A DNA stretch of 64,000 nt from Negaprion brevirostris. Taxonomy: Eukaryota. Both the position numbers and the translations under genes were made by a program. Positions 23,201-37,879 of the stretch are shown here, in pieces (position 1 is the stretch's first letter; the number at the start of each line of letters is the position of its first letter). The notes under the pieces are model-generated. The model was given only the letters and a program-made list of their open reading frames with translations. It was not told where the DNA came from and did not search any database. The stretch is taken from the NCBI GenBank assembly GCA_030324005.1, contig JARDVH010000001.1:91780276-91844275 (forward strand), read 5' to 3'.

Positions 23201-26200
23201 TCAATTGTGTTAATGTTTCCAGTTCAATGTGACTACTCTTCATCTTGGACTTGAAACATTAACTCAATTTCGCTTTCCAGATGTTATCTGACCTGCTGAA
23301 TTTTTCCAGCATTTTCACTATTTTGCTTTTATTTTAAAGTGAACTGATTGTCATAGGTGCCAGAGGGGCTTAAGGCTGTTGTAGAATAGCACTGCACCAT
23401 TAAAAACTTTGAAAGGAAAGAAGAGCTTGAAAAGGAGACAACTTTAAAATATTATTTGTGATTTTCTTTGTGATGAATAATGATTCTCACATCTCTCAGT
23501 ATGTCACCAGGTATTCGGAAAAGTTTATTTAACCTTACCTCTTAGACAAAATTCATGATGAGGTAAATTATAAGCTACTAATTTTGGACAATGGGAGGTT
23601 GTGGATGTTGTTTTAAGCTCACATGCTGATCAAATAGAATTGGTGAACTTATCTTCATGACAAATGACTGGCTAATTAGAAAGGAGGAGAAGTTCCGATG
23701 ATGATCGCCACACACAAATCGATGACCACAGCTTTTCTCCACCGAGTGGAGAACTAAATTTACACTGGAGTCCTAACATCTAGTATAGGACCTTGAATTT
23801 ATAGTTTGACTCCTGTTTTGCATTGGTCAACATGCCAGATTCCTTGGTGGATTGAAATTCATGATGGGCTGGCTGGACATAGTGGGAACAGGGCAGAAAG
23901 TTTGCTAGCCCCCAGTGCCCACCCAAAATCAGGCTCAACAATCAACATTATAATTACTTAACAAAGTATTTACTAATATTCAGGAAGTCACTCACCATCT
24001 TCTCACTCCACATCATGATCACCTTCAGTGACTGAGATGTAGCTCCTTGAATACTGGGAAAGAATTCCTGTCCAGTTGTTTTAGTTTTCTTGGTGTAATC
24101 AGCATGACATTGGCATAACTGATACAAATGATCATGGAACTCTAAGTGCAAATTCTATTCAACGTAAACTGTGTTGCTGTGGTGCTTTACAATAGTTTAG
24201 ATAAAAAACTTTGCGTTGTATTTAACTGAGTTGATGGGCTCTTGTCTGCCTGCAGGAGAGATGGCAAAAGCACTGCGTCACCTCTTTTTGAGAAAGCTGA
24301 CGTATAAGTTGCAAGTCACAAACTTAACTTGATAGCAGGGGTCTTCCCTGGGATCAAGGAATCTTGCAGTGCCATGAGGGGTGGTGCCTGCTGCTGATAC
24401 TCCACCATCCCAAGGCTTAGAGTTAACATAGGCTCCAGGCACAGGTGAGTGTGGGTGGGTGGGCAGTTGGAATAACAGGATACAGCTTTCCTAACAATGA
24501 GGGGTGAGGGACACCCCCCATCCCTCAGGTGCTTTTGGGCATCCCATGTGGCAAGCTCCCCATTCCCACTCTTCCCCCACCCCCCNNNNNNNNNNNNNNN
24601 NNNNNNNNNNNNNNNNNNNNNNNNNNNNNNNNNNNNNNNNNNNNNNNNNNNNNNNNNNNNNNNNNNNNNNNNNNNNNNNNNNNNNCTGCAGCAACGGCAG
24701 GGCATGGCTCTGAGTGGGGCCACCTCCTTCCCACCACTGCGTCCAGTGAACGGGCACTGAGTGCCTTTGAATAAGGGACCGCCATGAAAGCTTACATGGT
24801 TGAATACCAGTGGCTGTTGGAAGAGGTCCTTAAGTTGGCATTAACTACCCATTTAAGGGCTTCAATCAGTCTTGGACTTAACTGAATCATTACTAAGAAG
24901 GTGGTGAGATTCTCATATGACACTCACCTACTACCAAACATGCCTCGTGGGATGGCAAGTTCCACCCATTTTGTGAGAAGCCTACTCGACCCATTACACC
25001 CAAAGCGGAAACTTCTTGGCCACCTGTATGACTTTGGACACATAGTCACTTTATGTAGAATAATGCAAAAATAAACAAACTCTTCTCTTACACTCTGTTA
25101 TTTCTTTAAACTATCACCTGAGCTTCAGCATTTTGAGTAAAGATAGTTTATAGTTTTCATTGCTGATCTCTTAACTTGAAGGTATTAAAAGTCAACCATG
25201 TAGTGTGGGACTACAGGCTGGATCAGGTAACTCAAGAGAACATTAGGGAACCTGTTGGGATTTCACAATTTTGCAGCTTTCATGGTTACTTTAAGGTACT
25301 ATGCATTTATTACTAATTTTAATGAATTGTCTGCCACAGCATCTGTGGTGGAATTTGCAGTCTCGGTCTCTAGCTTTCTCCTTTAAAAACAGCCATTAAA
25401 ACCCATCTGTTTAACTAAGTTTTGGATTACTTAGCCTAATATCTCCATCACTGGCTTGGTGTCAATTCTTGGCTCATTACACTCCTGTGAAGAGCCTCAG
25501 GATGTTTTCCTTCGTAGAGGCACATATGAATGAAAGTTCTTGTTGTTCTTGGTTGCCACAAATCTAATCAATTCCAATAACATTAGTATAAATAAGTAAC
25601 ACACATTCAATTAAAAAACAATTAGACAACCACAGTGAATTGAATATTTATGAGTCTACAAATCCCCAATCATAAAAATAATTATTAATATGTAATAATT
25701 GTTAAGGTTGTTACTATCACATTATATTCCACCATCCGAAACCATCAGAATTAATCACCCATATAAATTATGATTCTTAAGATAAATACTAAGTCATATT
25801 AAGCTGCAGATATAGATTTAAGGGTGTGCAAGTTTACCTATGTCACTATTCAAACATATAGTGGGAATCGTAGCGCACGTTGCTGTTCCAATAATAACAG
25901 AGCTGGAAATATTCAACAAGTATAGCAGCATCTACAAAGAGAAAATAAGAGTTGACATTTTGAGTTAAATATGACTTTATTTAAGAACTCATTATATGGC
26001 TGGCAGTGAGCAGATAGGTGAATATTTTGCACAACTACTCACAAGCAGACAGGAGAGATGAAGATAGGGGAACCGACCTTACCAATTATTTGATCAGTAA
26101 ATTAATGACCTGGAAGTTCTACTATTTAGTTTGTTTATCTACTTGCACGAAGAATTTAATTTAACTGTAATGACAATGTTTTGAAGAGTATTGATTTGAT

Positions 26201-28074
26201 TTGTTATTATCACATGTATTAATATACAGTGAAAAGTATTGTTTCTTGTGTGCTATGAAGACAAAGCATACCGTCAAATGCAAAATGTTAAACCTGTTGC
26301 AACCTCCACAGATACTGCCAGACCTGCTGACCATTTCCAGCACTTTTTTATTTAAGATTTCCAGCATCTCCTGAACAAATCTGCGAAGTGAGTACCTTGA
26401 GGGGTTAAGATTCCAAAAGAAACAAACTATTTACAGAATATTCACTGTTGATTCCTGTCCTATTTGGAGCCTTGACCCCTCAATATACTCACTTAGCAGT
26501 CTCGTTCAGGCCTGTTACGCAACCCTGTTCCAGGCTGCAGACCTGTTCTCTCTCTTGTAAGGCTTCTAATATTTAAGGGTGCTGTCAATCAACTTAACTA
26601 GGTATCCATTCTCTTCTTGGCTCCTGACCCACACTCTGGGGCATTAAGCTGTCTGACGCGCCTTCTACATTGCCACTCACAAGTCATGGCTTTGTCCTGG
26701 CTTTATTACCATACAGCATAGCCTTAATGTGATTTACTGAAATGGGGCAAAAAGTGCACAGGCCCATCTGACATTATTGGTTACAGTTCTCTAGATTTAT
26801 AATATAATTAAGGAAAGTTATTCTTGGATCACAAAACAGGGAAAGCTCTGCTTTTGAGTCAGATTCAGCTTGCTTTTCACACTACTCTAATGAATAGAGA
26901 CAAGCACTGGTGGCTTGTTTCTTTTAATTAACAAGTCATTAGGTTGCCCATCTGTTTATTGCATCTCTGCAGTAATGGATTGCATTTTGAAGTTCATGTA
27001 TTCTCCTGCTCCTATTCAGTGAATCATCTGAGATCACTTTTGTTAGCTCATACTGCTGTTCTTTTTAAAAAAAGAAAAACAATAAATTGGTGCAGAAATT
27101 TCCACAAAATTACGAACAAGCAGTTGCACTTAATCAACATGAAAATGAATATCCCTTTCAATCGCAGGAACTCAAGTTTGGATTCTACAGTGAATTGTCC
27201 TGACGCACAGCATGATTCACCCTATTGGTATGCAGCACTTCACAGCTCAGGATTATGCTATTGATAACGGATGGCTATGTGTATGAAATATAACTAACAT
27301 GCTGTTAGTTTAATTTAAATAATGTGTTACAATCTCAGGATAGAGATCAATAACTTTTCTTTAAAGAAAGATGTCTGAAATTCCACTTCTTTACTAAAAG
27401 AATGAAGCTTACATGATTTCACAGTTTAAAACAGAAGAATTTTTAGTATACAATAGCCAAACAAAGCAAGTATTAAATACTATCAAAGCTATCCACCCAT
27501 ACTGTAAATACAAAATCAACATAGGTTAGACATGAATCCACAGCAAATTGTGGTCAATTTTGAACCATAAATTACACATCAAATGACAGATACGACTAAG
27601 ACAGATCTTACAAATTGGCTTAGCAGTGTATTTTGCAGAAAGGTTATTAATCTCCATCACAAGCACCCTTCGAAATCCTGTCTCCCTCATGAATGTCCAC
27701 TGCTCCCCTTCTAGGAGTTAGTCAGATTCCTTGCTGACAGCAACACACAAGTTCCATGGACACAGTCTTCACCACAACCGGTACACGTGCAAAACCTGCT
27801 CAACCTGATCTGAATGGTGTCAATCTGCAATATTATCTCATCTGACAAAAAAGGCTGCAGCAACTGTTTACTTATTCTCAGCTCTGGGTCTGACCTTCAA
27901 CTTCTTCAGTTGACTTGTACTGCATCACTAGACCCATCAGTTTCTCCTGAGCTTGGATTGATATGTGTCCTTTTTATTTGCTTTCAATCAGGTTCAACCT
28001 AGAAGGATTGGTTCCCAATCATAGTTTCAGTTTTCATTTCCTTAGAATGGACAATGAGGCTGGGGAGACAACAG

Positions 28075-28420
28075 CTGCATCACGTGGTATTATCACTAGA
28101 CTATTAATCTGGAAACTCAGCTAATATTCTGGAGACCAGGTTCGAATCTCACCACAGCTGGTGGAATCTGAATTCAATTTTTTAAAAAAATCTGGAATTA
28201 AGAATGAACTGATGACCAAGAAACCATTTTCAATTGTCAGAAAAACCAATCCGGCTCACTAAAGTCCTTCAGGGAAGGAAATCTGCCATCCTTACCTGGT
28301 CTAGCCGACATGTGACTCCAGATCCACAGTAATGTGGTTGACTCTCATCTGCCTTCAGGCAACTTGGATGGGCAATAAATGCTGGTCAGCCAGTGAAGCC
28401 CTGTCCCATGAATGGATAAA
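28075..28420 (+). mobile_element. tRNA-headed SINE-like element sharing both ends with the LINE at 4930-8160
   Basis: B box ggttcgaatct at ~28139; body homologous to reverse complement of 7890-8160; 3' end ggatgggcaataaatgctgg...cccatgaatg equals the LINE tail. Confidence 0.75.
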
Positions 28421-30997
28421 ACAAAAGCTTAGGTGGAAAGTTGTGAACGAATGACGTTTTAAAAAATTGTTCACACATCCTCCTATCATTGCACTTATAA
28501 TTGGTGAATTGGTGTCGAAATGCCACAGCTTGGCATGGGGAAATGAAGAGCCTTGAGGGATGGCTGGAGAGCAAATGTTGACATTGAACTATAAAGGGAC
28601 ATAGGGGTGGGTGAGAGAAACACAGTTTGGCATGGGAGTAAGAGCAATCTTAGAAGATGGAGGCACAGCTTGTCATGGGGAGTATGGGTAAGAGCTTTTG
28701 AACTTGTATTTTATAAGATTCCCTCATTCAGACTATGGTTCACAGCATCTCCTGAGATTCCGTGAACCATGGGTCTTTTAAAAGCTGGCCCAACTTCATG
28801 GAAATTACAGCGGACTAGGATCTGCTTATCCTGCAATGGAGCCATCCAGTTCAGGGCTGCAGGCTCAAGACCTAAACCCTTAAATGACATGGGTGACATT
28901 CGGAAAACTAGGGAATGGGGTCAGAAATCTTGGAATTGGGTCCCAGGTGGCCATTTTACGTCTCCCCATCTTCATGAAAATCTAGCCCAGTCATAGAGGT
29001 TAATCTGCTACTAGATACTTTTTATACCCACCATGGTTACATTTTAGTTCTGCTGCACTGTACTAAGCCCCACAGATTATAGAGACACCTGGTCTGTACA
29101 TCAGCTGAAGTAGAAGTGGGTATTTGAATAAGTCTTATTGTCCTTGACTTTGTAAAAGAGAAGAGAATCATGATTACTGTTCTTGATCATTATTCAGTGT
29201 GCTTTGCAGTAAATTTCACGTGAAGTCTTCAAGCAGCTAAAGAATGGGCTCATCCATTGTAATCCCATGAAGGAATAATTCTCAACTGTCCAGATTCATG
29301 TAAGAGTACCAACACTATCACACTGAAATTGTATAATACCGTGGATTAAAGACAGTGAATGAGAGACAGTCTTAAGGCATCTTCATTAATGAAACACTAT
29401 TTCAAGTTAAACCGCCATTACATGTCAAAGGTGCAATAGTAGAAACTGGAAAACGTGAGTTCAGAGATGGTATCAGGAAGCCCTTCTTCAGGCAATATTT
29501 TCTAGGTTGGATAATGTGGAGGCAAAATCTCTGGAGCTGTTTAGAAGATATTTGGCTTTTATGCTATCAATTATGATACAAGTATTAATGATGAGTAAAA
29601 TGCTTTCTCTCAGCTATACCTATCTTTGTAATGCATTAATACCATTGGGTGAATTAAGGACAAGAATAATGTAGAGGAGAAAATTGAAGGGAAAATTATT
29701 ATAATATTAATGGGTGGAAATGAAAAGAGCAAATGTGAAATCTGAAATAAGTACATAAGGTACTGAAAATTTACAGCAAGTTGATCATATCTGAAGGATA
29801 AATGACAAGTAAAGGTTTGAATGGGAATGTTGATTTTACATTATCAGTTCATGGCACTGTTGCCATCTTTCTAATTGACAGAAACATTTCCAAATTTTGC
29901 CCTTTTTATTCTCATTTCAGAATATTTATTTCGCCTTTTATTTTCCCACCCACATTCTTCATTCACCCTTCCTCTTCTGAAGGCAATAACTCATTACAAA
30001 GTCATGAATAGCAGGAGTATTGTGTTCAGTTAGGGTCTAAACTCATCAGCACAGATCTATGATCAAATCTATATGAGAGACGAAGACCTCACCCTATATA
30101 TTTTTTTCATACAGTATGTAGCGGCATGCTATTTGAGATTTCTCTTAAAATCACATTGGACAAAGATCTAAATGGCTGAATCTATGTCAGCCTATGACCT
30201 GAATAAAATAAACTATCTGGTAGCATTGTGGAAACTCACACCTTAGTATCCCTGAAGAGTCAATCATCCCCTGTGGGCTGCACAGATGAAATTTTAAGGA
30301 GAGCTATATGAAGACCATCTACGTTTCCTAACCCTGGCTGACCAACATGAGTCTGCTAAGGCATAAGGCCCTGCAAACTTTCTTTCAATTTTTAATGATT
30401 GTGAGACACTTGGCCCCATCTACATTGCCTCCACTGCAAACTCTGTCCCATCACTTATAAGGCTGATTTTCTTTCCCCCATATGCCTGCCTCATTGTGCA
30501 ATGTCAATATCACCAGAAAAATGAATTATACAGTATCGCTTTTCAGTTCCCTGACTTCAGTGAAGAAATATCTCATTGGGCCATCTTGCCAGACTCCTGA
30601 CACACAAACCATATTTATTATTTGTGTTCTTTGCACTGTAAAACCTGTATTCTCTATTATTTTACTGTATGAATGCAAGGGGGAGGGGGTGTCTGAGGGG
30701 GCATTACGAATTCCCATGTTTTGAGTGTGTGCAAATAAACTACCTTTTGAGTTGATCCTATCTCGATTTTTGCTGTTGTATTATTAATAGAAAATTGGAT
30801 CACACCAAAACAGAGGGCTTGGGAAATACACCACCACTCATAAAGAGGGAAGCAAACCAAAAACAACTTCTTGTTCACGGATGGATGGTGAGAGAAGAGA
30901 TCAGTGATGTTTAAATTAAGTCCCCTCCTGTCCGTCACATCTGCAAGCCCATATGATTTGGGATGACAATTGGCAACTAACATACAGCAAGTCTTGT

Positions 30998-31235
30998 TTA
31001 TTTCTTTTCAATTGTGGGACATGGACGTCGCTGGATGGCCAGCATTTATTGCCCATCCCTAGTTGCCCTTGACAAGGTGGTGGTGAGCTGCCTTCTTGAA
31101 ATGCTGCAGTCCACATGCTCTGGATTGACCCACAAGCTGATAGGGAGGGGATTCTAGGATTTTGACCCAGTGACTGCAAAAGAATAACGATTATATTACC
31201 AAGTCAGGATGTTGAGTGGCTTGGAGGGGAACTTG
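30998..31235 (-). mobile_element. 3' tail fragment of the 4930-8160 LINE family
   Basis: ggccagcatttattgcccatccctagttgccc...ggattttgacccagtgac. Confidence 0.8.
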
Positions 31236-32534
31236 TTGTTATTATAACTGTTGTTATTATGACTCTTCTAGTAATTGAGAACAGTTCAGTTTAGATGTGA
31301 ACTGATTAGTAGCCATCTTCAAACCAACAGTACAGAGGCATATTGAATTCAGAAGTTAACAAATAAAAACAGGAATATTCTGTTCGCAACTAGATTGCGA
31401 ATCTCTACTGACGCAAAGGTACTTTCAGATCACCTATTATTACCCCTTATAAATGACAAAGGACCTTGGCAGATGTCTTGCTTTGATTTTTTTTTGCCTT
31501 TAGTACATTGTAGTTATTACAATTAACAGAAAACATGGCTTCAGTTCTTGTCAGCAATAATTTAGAACATTGCGGACCACTATCCGGCCACATCCAAACA
31601 AATAGTAAAAGTGCCATTTCCTGGGAAGCAAATGAAAGAACATCGATGGTCTCAAATTGCATAATCTTCACATCTTACTTGTTCAAATGTTGTGCATTTT
31701 GAAGTTTTCTCTGATGTTCTCAGCTTTATTTGGGAACTTGTGAAAACCAATTAACACAAATGTATAATGTGTGGATTTGGCACCAGCTTCTCATTCTGTT
31801 TCTAATGCCACCACGGCCTGATATATATTTGAAACCACTATTGCTAAACTGAAATAAAAGTGACAGCTTAACTATTCAATATCAAGGCTCATTACGTATT
31901 CTCACAGAGGCAATTTAACGCAGTGACTTCCTCTGATATTGCAATAACTAACTGTTATAAAGTACATTTCTCTTTCTGGAAATGTTTTCCTCATCAAAGT
32001 GTGGTATATTTGTTCTGAGGTATGAAGCGCATATAACAGGTGGCCAGTTAGAAGCAAGCATCCCCGGACCGAGTATAGAATGAATAGATGGAGTATTCTC
32101 CTCTGTTGCGCCCTAATATGTGGATTTCCCTGGTGTTGGGGTTGCACGTGACTTCCAGCTGTTGCTTTGAATTGCTGCAATTCTGGCTCATTCCTCTGAA
32201 TTCGGTTTCACTAGGTATATAAGGCAACCAAGAGAGAGCACACTTCATGCAATTTCAGAATGTTATGCAGCACTTCAGTGAGTCAGAAGGATTTAAAGAG
32301 GCAGATGAGGAAGGAAGGACAATTATGCCTTGATTGTGATAGTTTTCCATTTCCAACACCAACACCTTGTAGTCAATCTGAATAAAACTGTCAGTTCATG
32401 CTAAACCTTCTAACAAGCTAGATAATAGCTTGTATATATGATTGAATTGAAATAGTAAACATATTTCTGTTCATTAATATCTTTCCATATCATGTATGAT
32501 TCTGAGGTGATGGTCAACTGGTCTGGTATAAGTA

Positions 32535-32735
32535 TGATATGGAGATGCTGATGTTGGACTGGGGTAGGCACAATAAGAAGTCTCACAACACCAAGTTAAA
32601 GTCCAACAGATTTATTTGGTAGCGCGAGCTTTCAAAGCAGTGCTCCTTCATGACCTGATGAAGGAGCAGCGCTCCGAAAACTTGTGCTGCCAAATAAGCC
32701 TATTGGACTTTAACCTGGTGTTGTGAAATTTCTTA
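32535..32735. mobile_element. Palindromic Penelope-like element with hammerhead core
   Basis: Inverted arms around ~32652. CTGATGA(32655)-a-GGAGC-agc-GCTCC-GAAA(32679). Flanks ctggtataagta (32523-32534) and ccggtataaata (32736-32747), 10/12 TSD-like. Confidence 0.8.
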
Positions 32736-34359
32736 CCGGTATAAATAGAAAGCAGATGGAGATTGTGGCCCAAGGCATGGCCTCGATGGTGGTTTAATGA
32801 AGTTTCTTTATTAAACCTTTACTTTGTGAAGTTAGTTAATTTGTTTACTACTGAAGTATCCTTATTGCTGGATGAACATTAGTAGCAGAGGATGGTTACC
32901 TAAAATTACAATGTAGCCAATGGCAACATGCAGTGAGTCAGCTGATCCTGTAGAGAATGTAACTAATGGCAAAATGATGTGGTGGTCAGCTGACCCAGAA
33001 TGAATAGAAAACCGGTGGGAATTATTTCTGGTCCAGAGCCAAGTGGTGGTATAATGACATTTATTTACTTTACTGTAAGAAGTAAATCTTTGACTTACTT
33101 TATAAAGTTAGTTCTTTTATTGATTGCTACTGGAGTATTCTTGCTGCCGGATGAGCAGTTGTCTGTAAGACACTCCCTCTAATCTCAAAGAAGAGGATGA
33201 ATATGGGTTCTAGTGCATGCACAATTTCACAAAGCTGAAAAGGAGAATAGCATAAATAAATTCTACAAGCTTACTCCCACAAGTAAAGGAGGAAAGGACC
33301 CATTTAACAACGGTAAATGCATAAAAATAGCTGTAATTAGGAACAAGGGATACAGTCAGAAGAATCATTGATGCAGTATAGCACTAGAGAAGATTGACAC
33401 AAGTTCATGATATCTATGAGTGTAAAACACATCAGCTCATGTCATCCAATATGCTCCCCATTATCTGGCTTCAAGTTTATTGGTCCTTTTCCAATTCGAT
33501 GTTACATCAGTCAGTCCATAACAAAAAGTCAGTTTTTAACTATGCCGGGAGTTGAGAGTAAAACTGATTTCCTATCAATCCTGTGACATTCTCTGAGTAT
33601 GTTAGACATCAGTTCACTCACAGCCAATTGATAACCCATGGGATTGTACATCTTTAGTAGACATGAAAACTAAAGAAATTCCTTTATTCATATATCCAGG
33701 AAATACTGTCATGCTCATTTGTCACCAGCATTAAAGTACCCTTTTTCACTGATCTGTAACATTAGTCTGTCAGGAATCTGTTCAGCCAATGAAGATATTT
33801 TGGAAGGGCCATTTCTACTGGGGATGTATCTAATTCAGAGGAAATGACTAGATGATTTTGAATGAAAATACCTTTGGATCCTTTTGAAGCTGCAAAGTAT
33901 GACAGCATGCCTTGAGGCATGTTTATACATCACCATACCCATGATAGAACAGGGTAATTATTAATCAAGGTATTTAAAGTGGAATGTATTTGGTTTCTTT
34001 GATTCTAAATATAAATTCATGTTGCATCATATTTAGTTGTCATTGTAGGATAAAATGGTTTTGCAATCTGTTGTAAACAGATGCTCAGTTATATACATGT
34101 ATTTACATTTCACTTCCAATTTCTTGGCATTGAAAGGCACAGGCATTCAGATTGTTGAATTTTGTTGCTGTTGACTTTTGAGGGTATTTGCAGAGTAAAA
34201 ATTCAGTTCTAATGCATGGTTGATTTATGGCCTTCATTAGATTGACAGAGAAATATATCCATTTTCTTCCCAATAGATCACTGTTCATTGGCCTTACTAC
34301 TAATTGCCATCATCCTAGGCTATTAAAGGGTTATAATGTTTATTCATCAGTGAATTAAA

Positions 34360-34735
34360 CAATAAGATATAGGAGCATAATTGGGCCATTCAATCATGGC
34401 TGATAGGTTTCTCAATGCCATTCTCCCGCCTTTTCCCTGTAACCTTTGATTCCCTTACCAATCAAGAACCTATCCTTCTAAAGGCGAAATACTGCGGATG
34501 CTGGAATCTGGAACAAAAACAGAAAATGCTGGAAAATCTCAGCAGGTTTGACAGCACCTGTGCTGAGAGAATAGAGCCAACGTTTTGAGCCTGGATGACC
34601 CTTTGGGATTTTCCAGCAATTTCTGTTTTTGTACCTACCTATTTCTGTCTTAAATACACTCAATGACCTGGCCTCCTCTGTGGCAAAGACAGATTCACCA
34701 CCCTCTGGCTAAAGAAATTCCTCCTCATCTTGTAA
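34360..34735 (-). mobile_element. CR1 3' end with nested Penelope-type terminal-repeat element (34486-34632)
   Basis: MRRNFFSQRVVNL and MSVFKTEIGR CR1 motifs are split by gaaatactgcggatgctgg...acagaaaatgctggaaaatc / gattttccagcaatttctgttttt inverted arms. Confidence 0.75.
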
Positions 34736-35737
34736 GAAACGTGCAGGAGAACAAAATCCTTTTGAGAGTTTAGTTTAGTAAGCCGCACACACTCCTGGGC
34801 TCCCTGCCGTTTCTCTAATGAGCGCAGTAGAATAGTGAGTGTAATGCACCACAGGATTTGGTTTAATGTGGTTATTTTTAAGTATATATTATGTATATAT
34901 AAAATACATAAAGGGGATAATAATTGCAATGTACCAGTGCAGATGTAATGTTTTGGATTTCCGTGAAGTGTGTGTTACAGAGTACCATGTGTGGCAGACA
35001 GTGCAATAGTTGGGTATGTGCCCTTCCTGATCACAGGCTGGTGCCGTGCAGGCCCGTCCTGGTGATACAGAAAATGCCTTTCCTCCTCCAAGCCTCAGGA
35101 AACCGCAGCAGAATGTTCCTGATCCCGATCCCGCGCTTGAATTTCCAGTTCCCTTCCCGGGTTTAAGTCGACCCCACTTGTTTGTAGCTGTCAGGGAACA
35201 CGCGTTTCTTCTGCTGTGTAACGTACACCAGAATTCTCTTTTGTGTAACTTTCTGATGCTGAATATTACGATGCAGGATCGGAGGGATGTACCAAGCCAC
35301 AGACCACTTTAACTGACGCTATTTATTGAATAAATGGCACCAACAAACCAAACCGCAGTAAACTTTGCATTGTTTCTTTGGGAGGGTTTGTTATCTGTAG
35401 CTCAAGTGATTATAGGACAGCTAAGATTGCCAGGGACTTGGAGATAAATTTCCCACGTTGCTGCCAGAAATCCAGGAGAACAATCAGTATAACGTGAATT
35501 TTTTTTTGAAGTTATTTCGTTTGAACACTTTTTGGGTGAGTAATGTAATGCAAGTTCCATAAAAACAGCTCAGCTCAACTCATGAAGTCTGGTACAGCAC
35601 AGTTGTCTAATCCTTGATGAGTTCCCACATTGCCAGAGAGTTATACTCGATTATTCCTGCAGCTCTGTGCCTTAGGAAACAGAGTCCACTTCAGATATAC
35701 CTTCCAATGCTCCCCATTTTCCAAGTCTTGGGGAAAT

Positions 35738-36255
35738 CTCACAGCGCCAGGAACCCGGGTTCAATTCCAGCCTGGGGTGACTCTTTTGTGTGAAGTTTGC
35801 ACATTCTCCCCATGTCTGTGCGGGTTTCCTCCCGCAGTCCAAAGATGTGCTGGTTAGGTGGAATGCTATTTACCATTTATATAGATGATCTAGAGGAGGG
35901 AACCGAGTGTATGGTGTCGAANNNNNNNNNNNNNNNNNNNNNNNNNNNNNNNNNNNNNNNNNNNNNNNNNNNNNNNNNNNNNNNNNNNNNNNNNNNNNNN
36001 NNNNNNNNNNNNNNNNNNNNNCCTAAAAGAGGAATCAAGAATCTGTTTGTCTCTGCCTTAAATACACTCAATAACTTGGTCTCCACAGCCTTATGTGGCA
36101 GTGAGTTCCACAAATTCACCACCTGAAGAAATTCCTCTTTATCTCTGTTCTAAAGGGTTGTCCCTTCATTCTGAGGCTCTACCCTTGAATCCTAGTCTCT
36201 CCTAATGAAGGTATCTCCCCCAAGTCCACTTTATCCAGGCCTTTCAGTAGTCTGT
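35738..36255. mobile_element. Partial V-SINE (+, 35738-35860) followed by CR1 fragments either side of a gap
   Basis: ctcacagcgccaggaacccgggttcaattcc head; LFTIYIDDLEEG (+); VVNLWNSLPHKAVE (-). Confidence 0.75.
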
Positions 36256-37879
36256 ATTACCAAGAATATAACCCTCATAACTAAACTACAATAAAATATC
36301 CATATGTATAGACTACTAGAAGCTGGAGAAGGAAAATATCAGCACATTTCATTTGCACTCTTTCAAACAGGAAGTTATTGTTTCGGGCCAAGGAGAGGAA
36401 ACATCAGGTAGCATTGAAAAATGCAAAGTGTGGATGTAGAATAGAGACAGAATTAGGATTTTCTGCGATTGACTCCATCCCCACACCACTGTAACCTGAA
36501 TTTGGTCAATTTGGTACCTTACCCAATGATCATTCTTTACATGTAAGCCTAAATAGTGAGTATCAGATGTTTTGTCATGGCTCATACATTGAATATTTTT
36601 GCTTCAATGCTACTCTGGAATCAGATCCAAGCATATACACCAGAATCTTTATGTAACAAGAGAAATAAATCTGTAGTGTGGCAAAAGTTAAAATTGCTTT
36701 AGAAATTTGAGTAGAAAAGGTTAGTTTTCTACTAAAAGTAGAAAAAAATGGAAAAATAGAAAGAACTGGACGTTATTCGGAATTGGAAAACTTCCCGATT
36801 CAGCAGGCTTACCTCCTTTAGAAAAGCCTCTGCCTGCCATATCTTAATTCCAGGGAGGTGGGAGAATGATGAAGGCAGGCCTAGGCAACAGCAGAGGCAG
36901 GTGGATGGCCTGTCCACCCCCATTTATTGTCTCAGCTTAATGAGTGCTAGGACCTCAGCCCTCCTCTCAGGTGTATGAACCACATCTTGTATCAAAAGGG
37001 CCTGGCTTCATGAAAATATTGAGAGTCTGAAATGTTCACCCTTGTATTGGGACTTGCAAGGATGGTTTTGTTGCGAGCAATATTAATAACCACCTTTGTC
37101 CTGGAATCTTTAAGTTCTCATTCGGCGGGAATGGGAGCAGGAATCCCAGAATCTGGTTCCACTAGCTATTCCCCCACCTCCATTCCAATGTGAACAAAGG
37201 CATGAACATCAAGGCACATATGTTTCCCCTTTGTTTTGGAGACAGTTATTCATCTTGGGGTAAGAGTCCGTGGTATTTACATGACAGAAAATCTGTGCTG
37301 CTTTATGCAATATTCGATATAATTTGTACAAAAAAAAGTTCTGCTTTGCATAAATTCCTGAAAGAATGCCAATCCTTAAGGAGAATAGTACAAATCTGCA
37401 TTGTGTGTGGTGTAGATGAGAGTAGTGATAAAATATAACAATTGAAATGACTCAACTAATAAAAGCTACACTGTTCATTATTCATGCTGGCCTCCAATGT
37501 TCACCAATCTTTCATTCACCTCTGGATAAACATCATCAAAGAGGGAAAATCGGTCAAAGAAATACAGGCTGGACCTGGCAGTAGGGTTTCTAGTAATCCT
37601 ATTCTATTAAGAATGACACCCTGTCTCCAAAAGCTGCTATCTCCATCAGATAATTGGCATTTGAGCAGCCTCAGCATTGTCACCGAGTAAGTGACCATTG
37701 CTGGGGTTGCACCTGGATGGAAATGGTGCATCAGTGGACTTGCACCNNNNNNNNNNNNNNNNNNNNNNNNNNNNNNNNNNNNNNNNNNNNNNNNNNNNNN
37801 NNNNNNNNNNNNNNNNNNNNNNNNNNNNNNNNNNNNNNNNNNNNNNGGAAGGCCAGGAAGGTGCTGCAGGATTTCCAAC

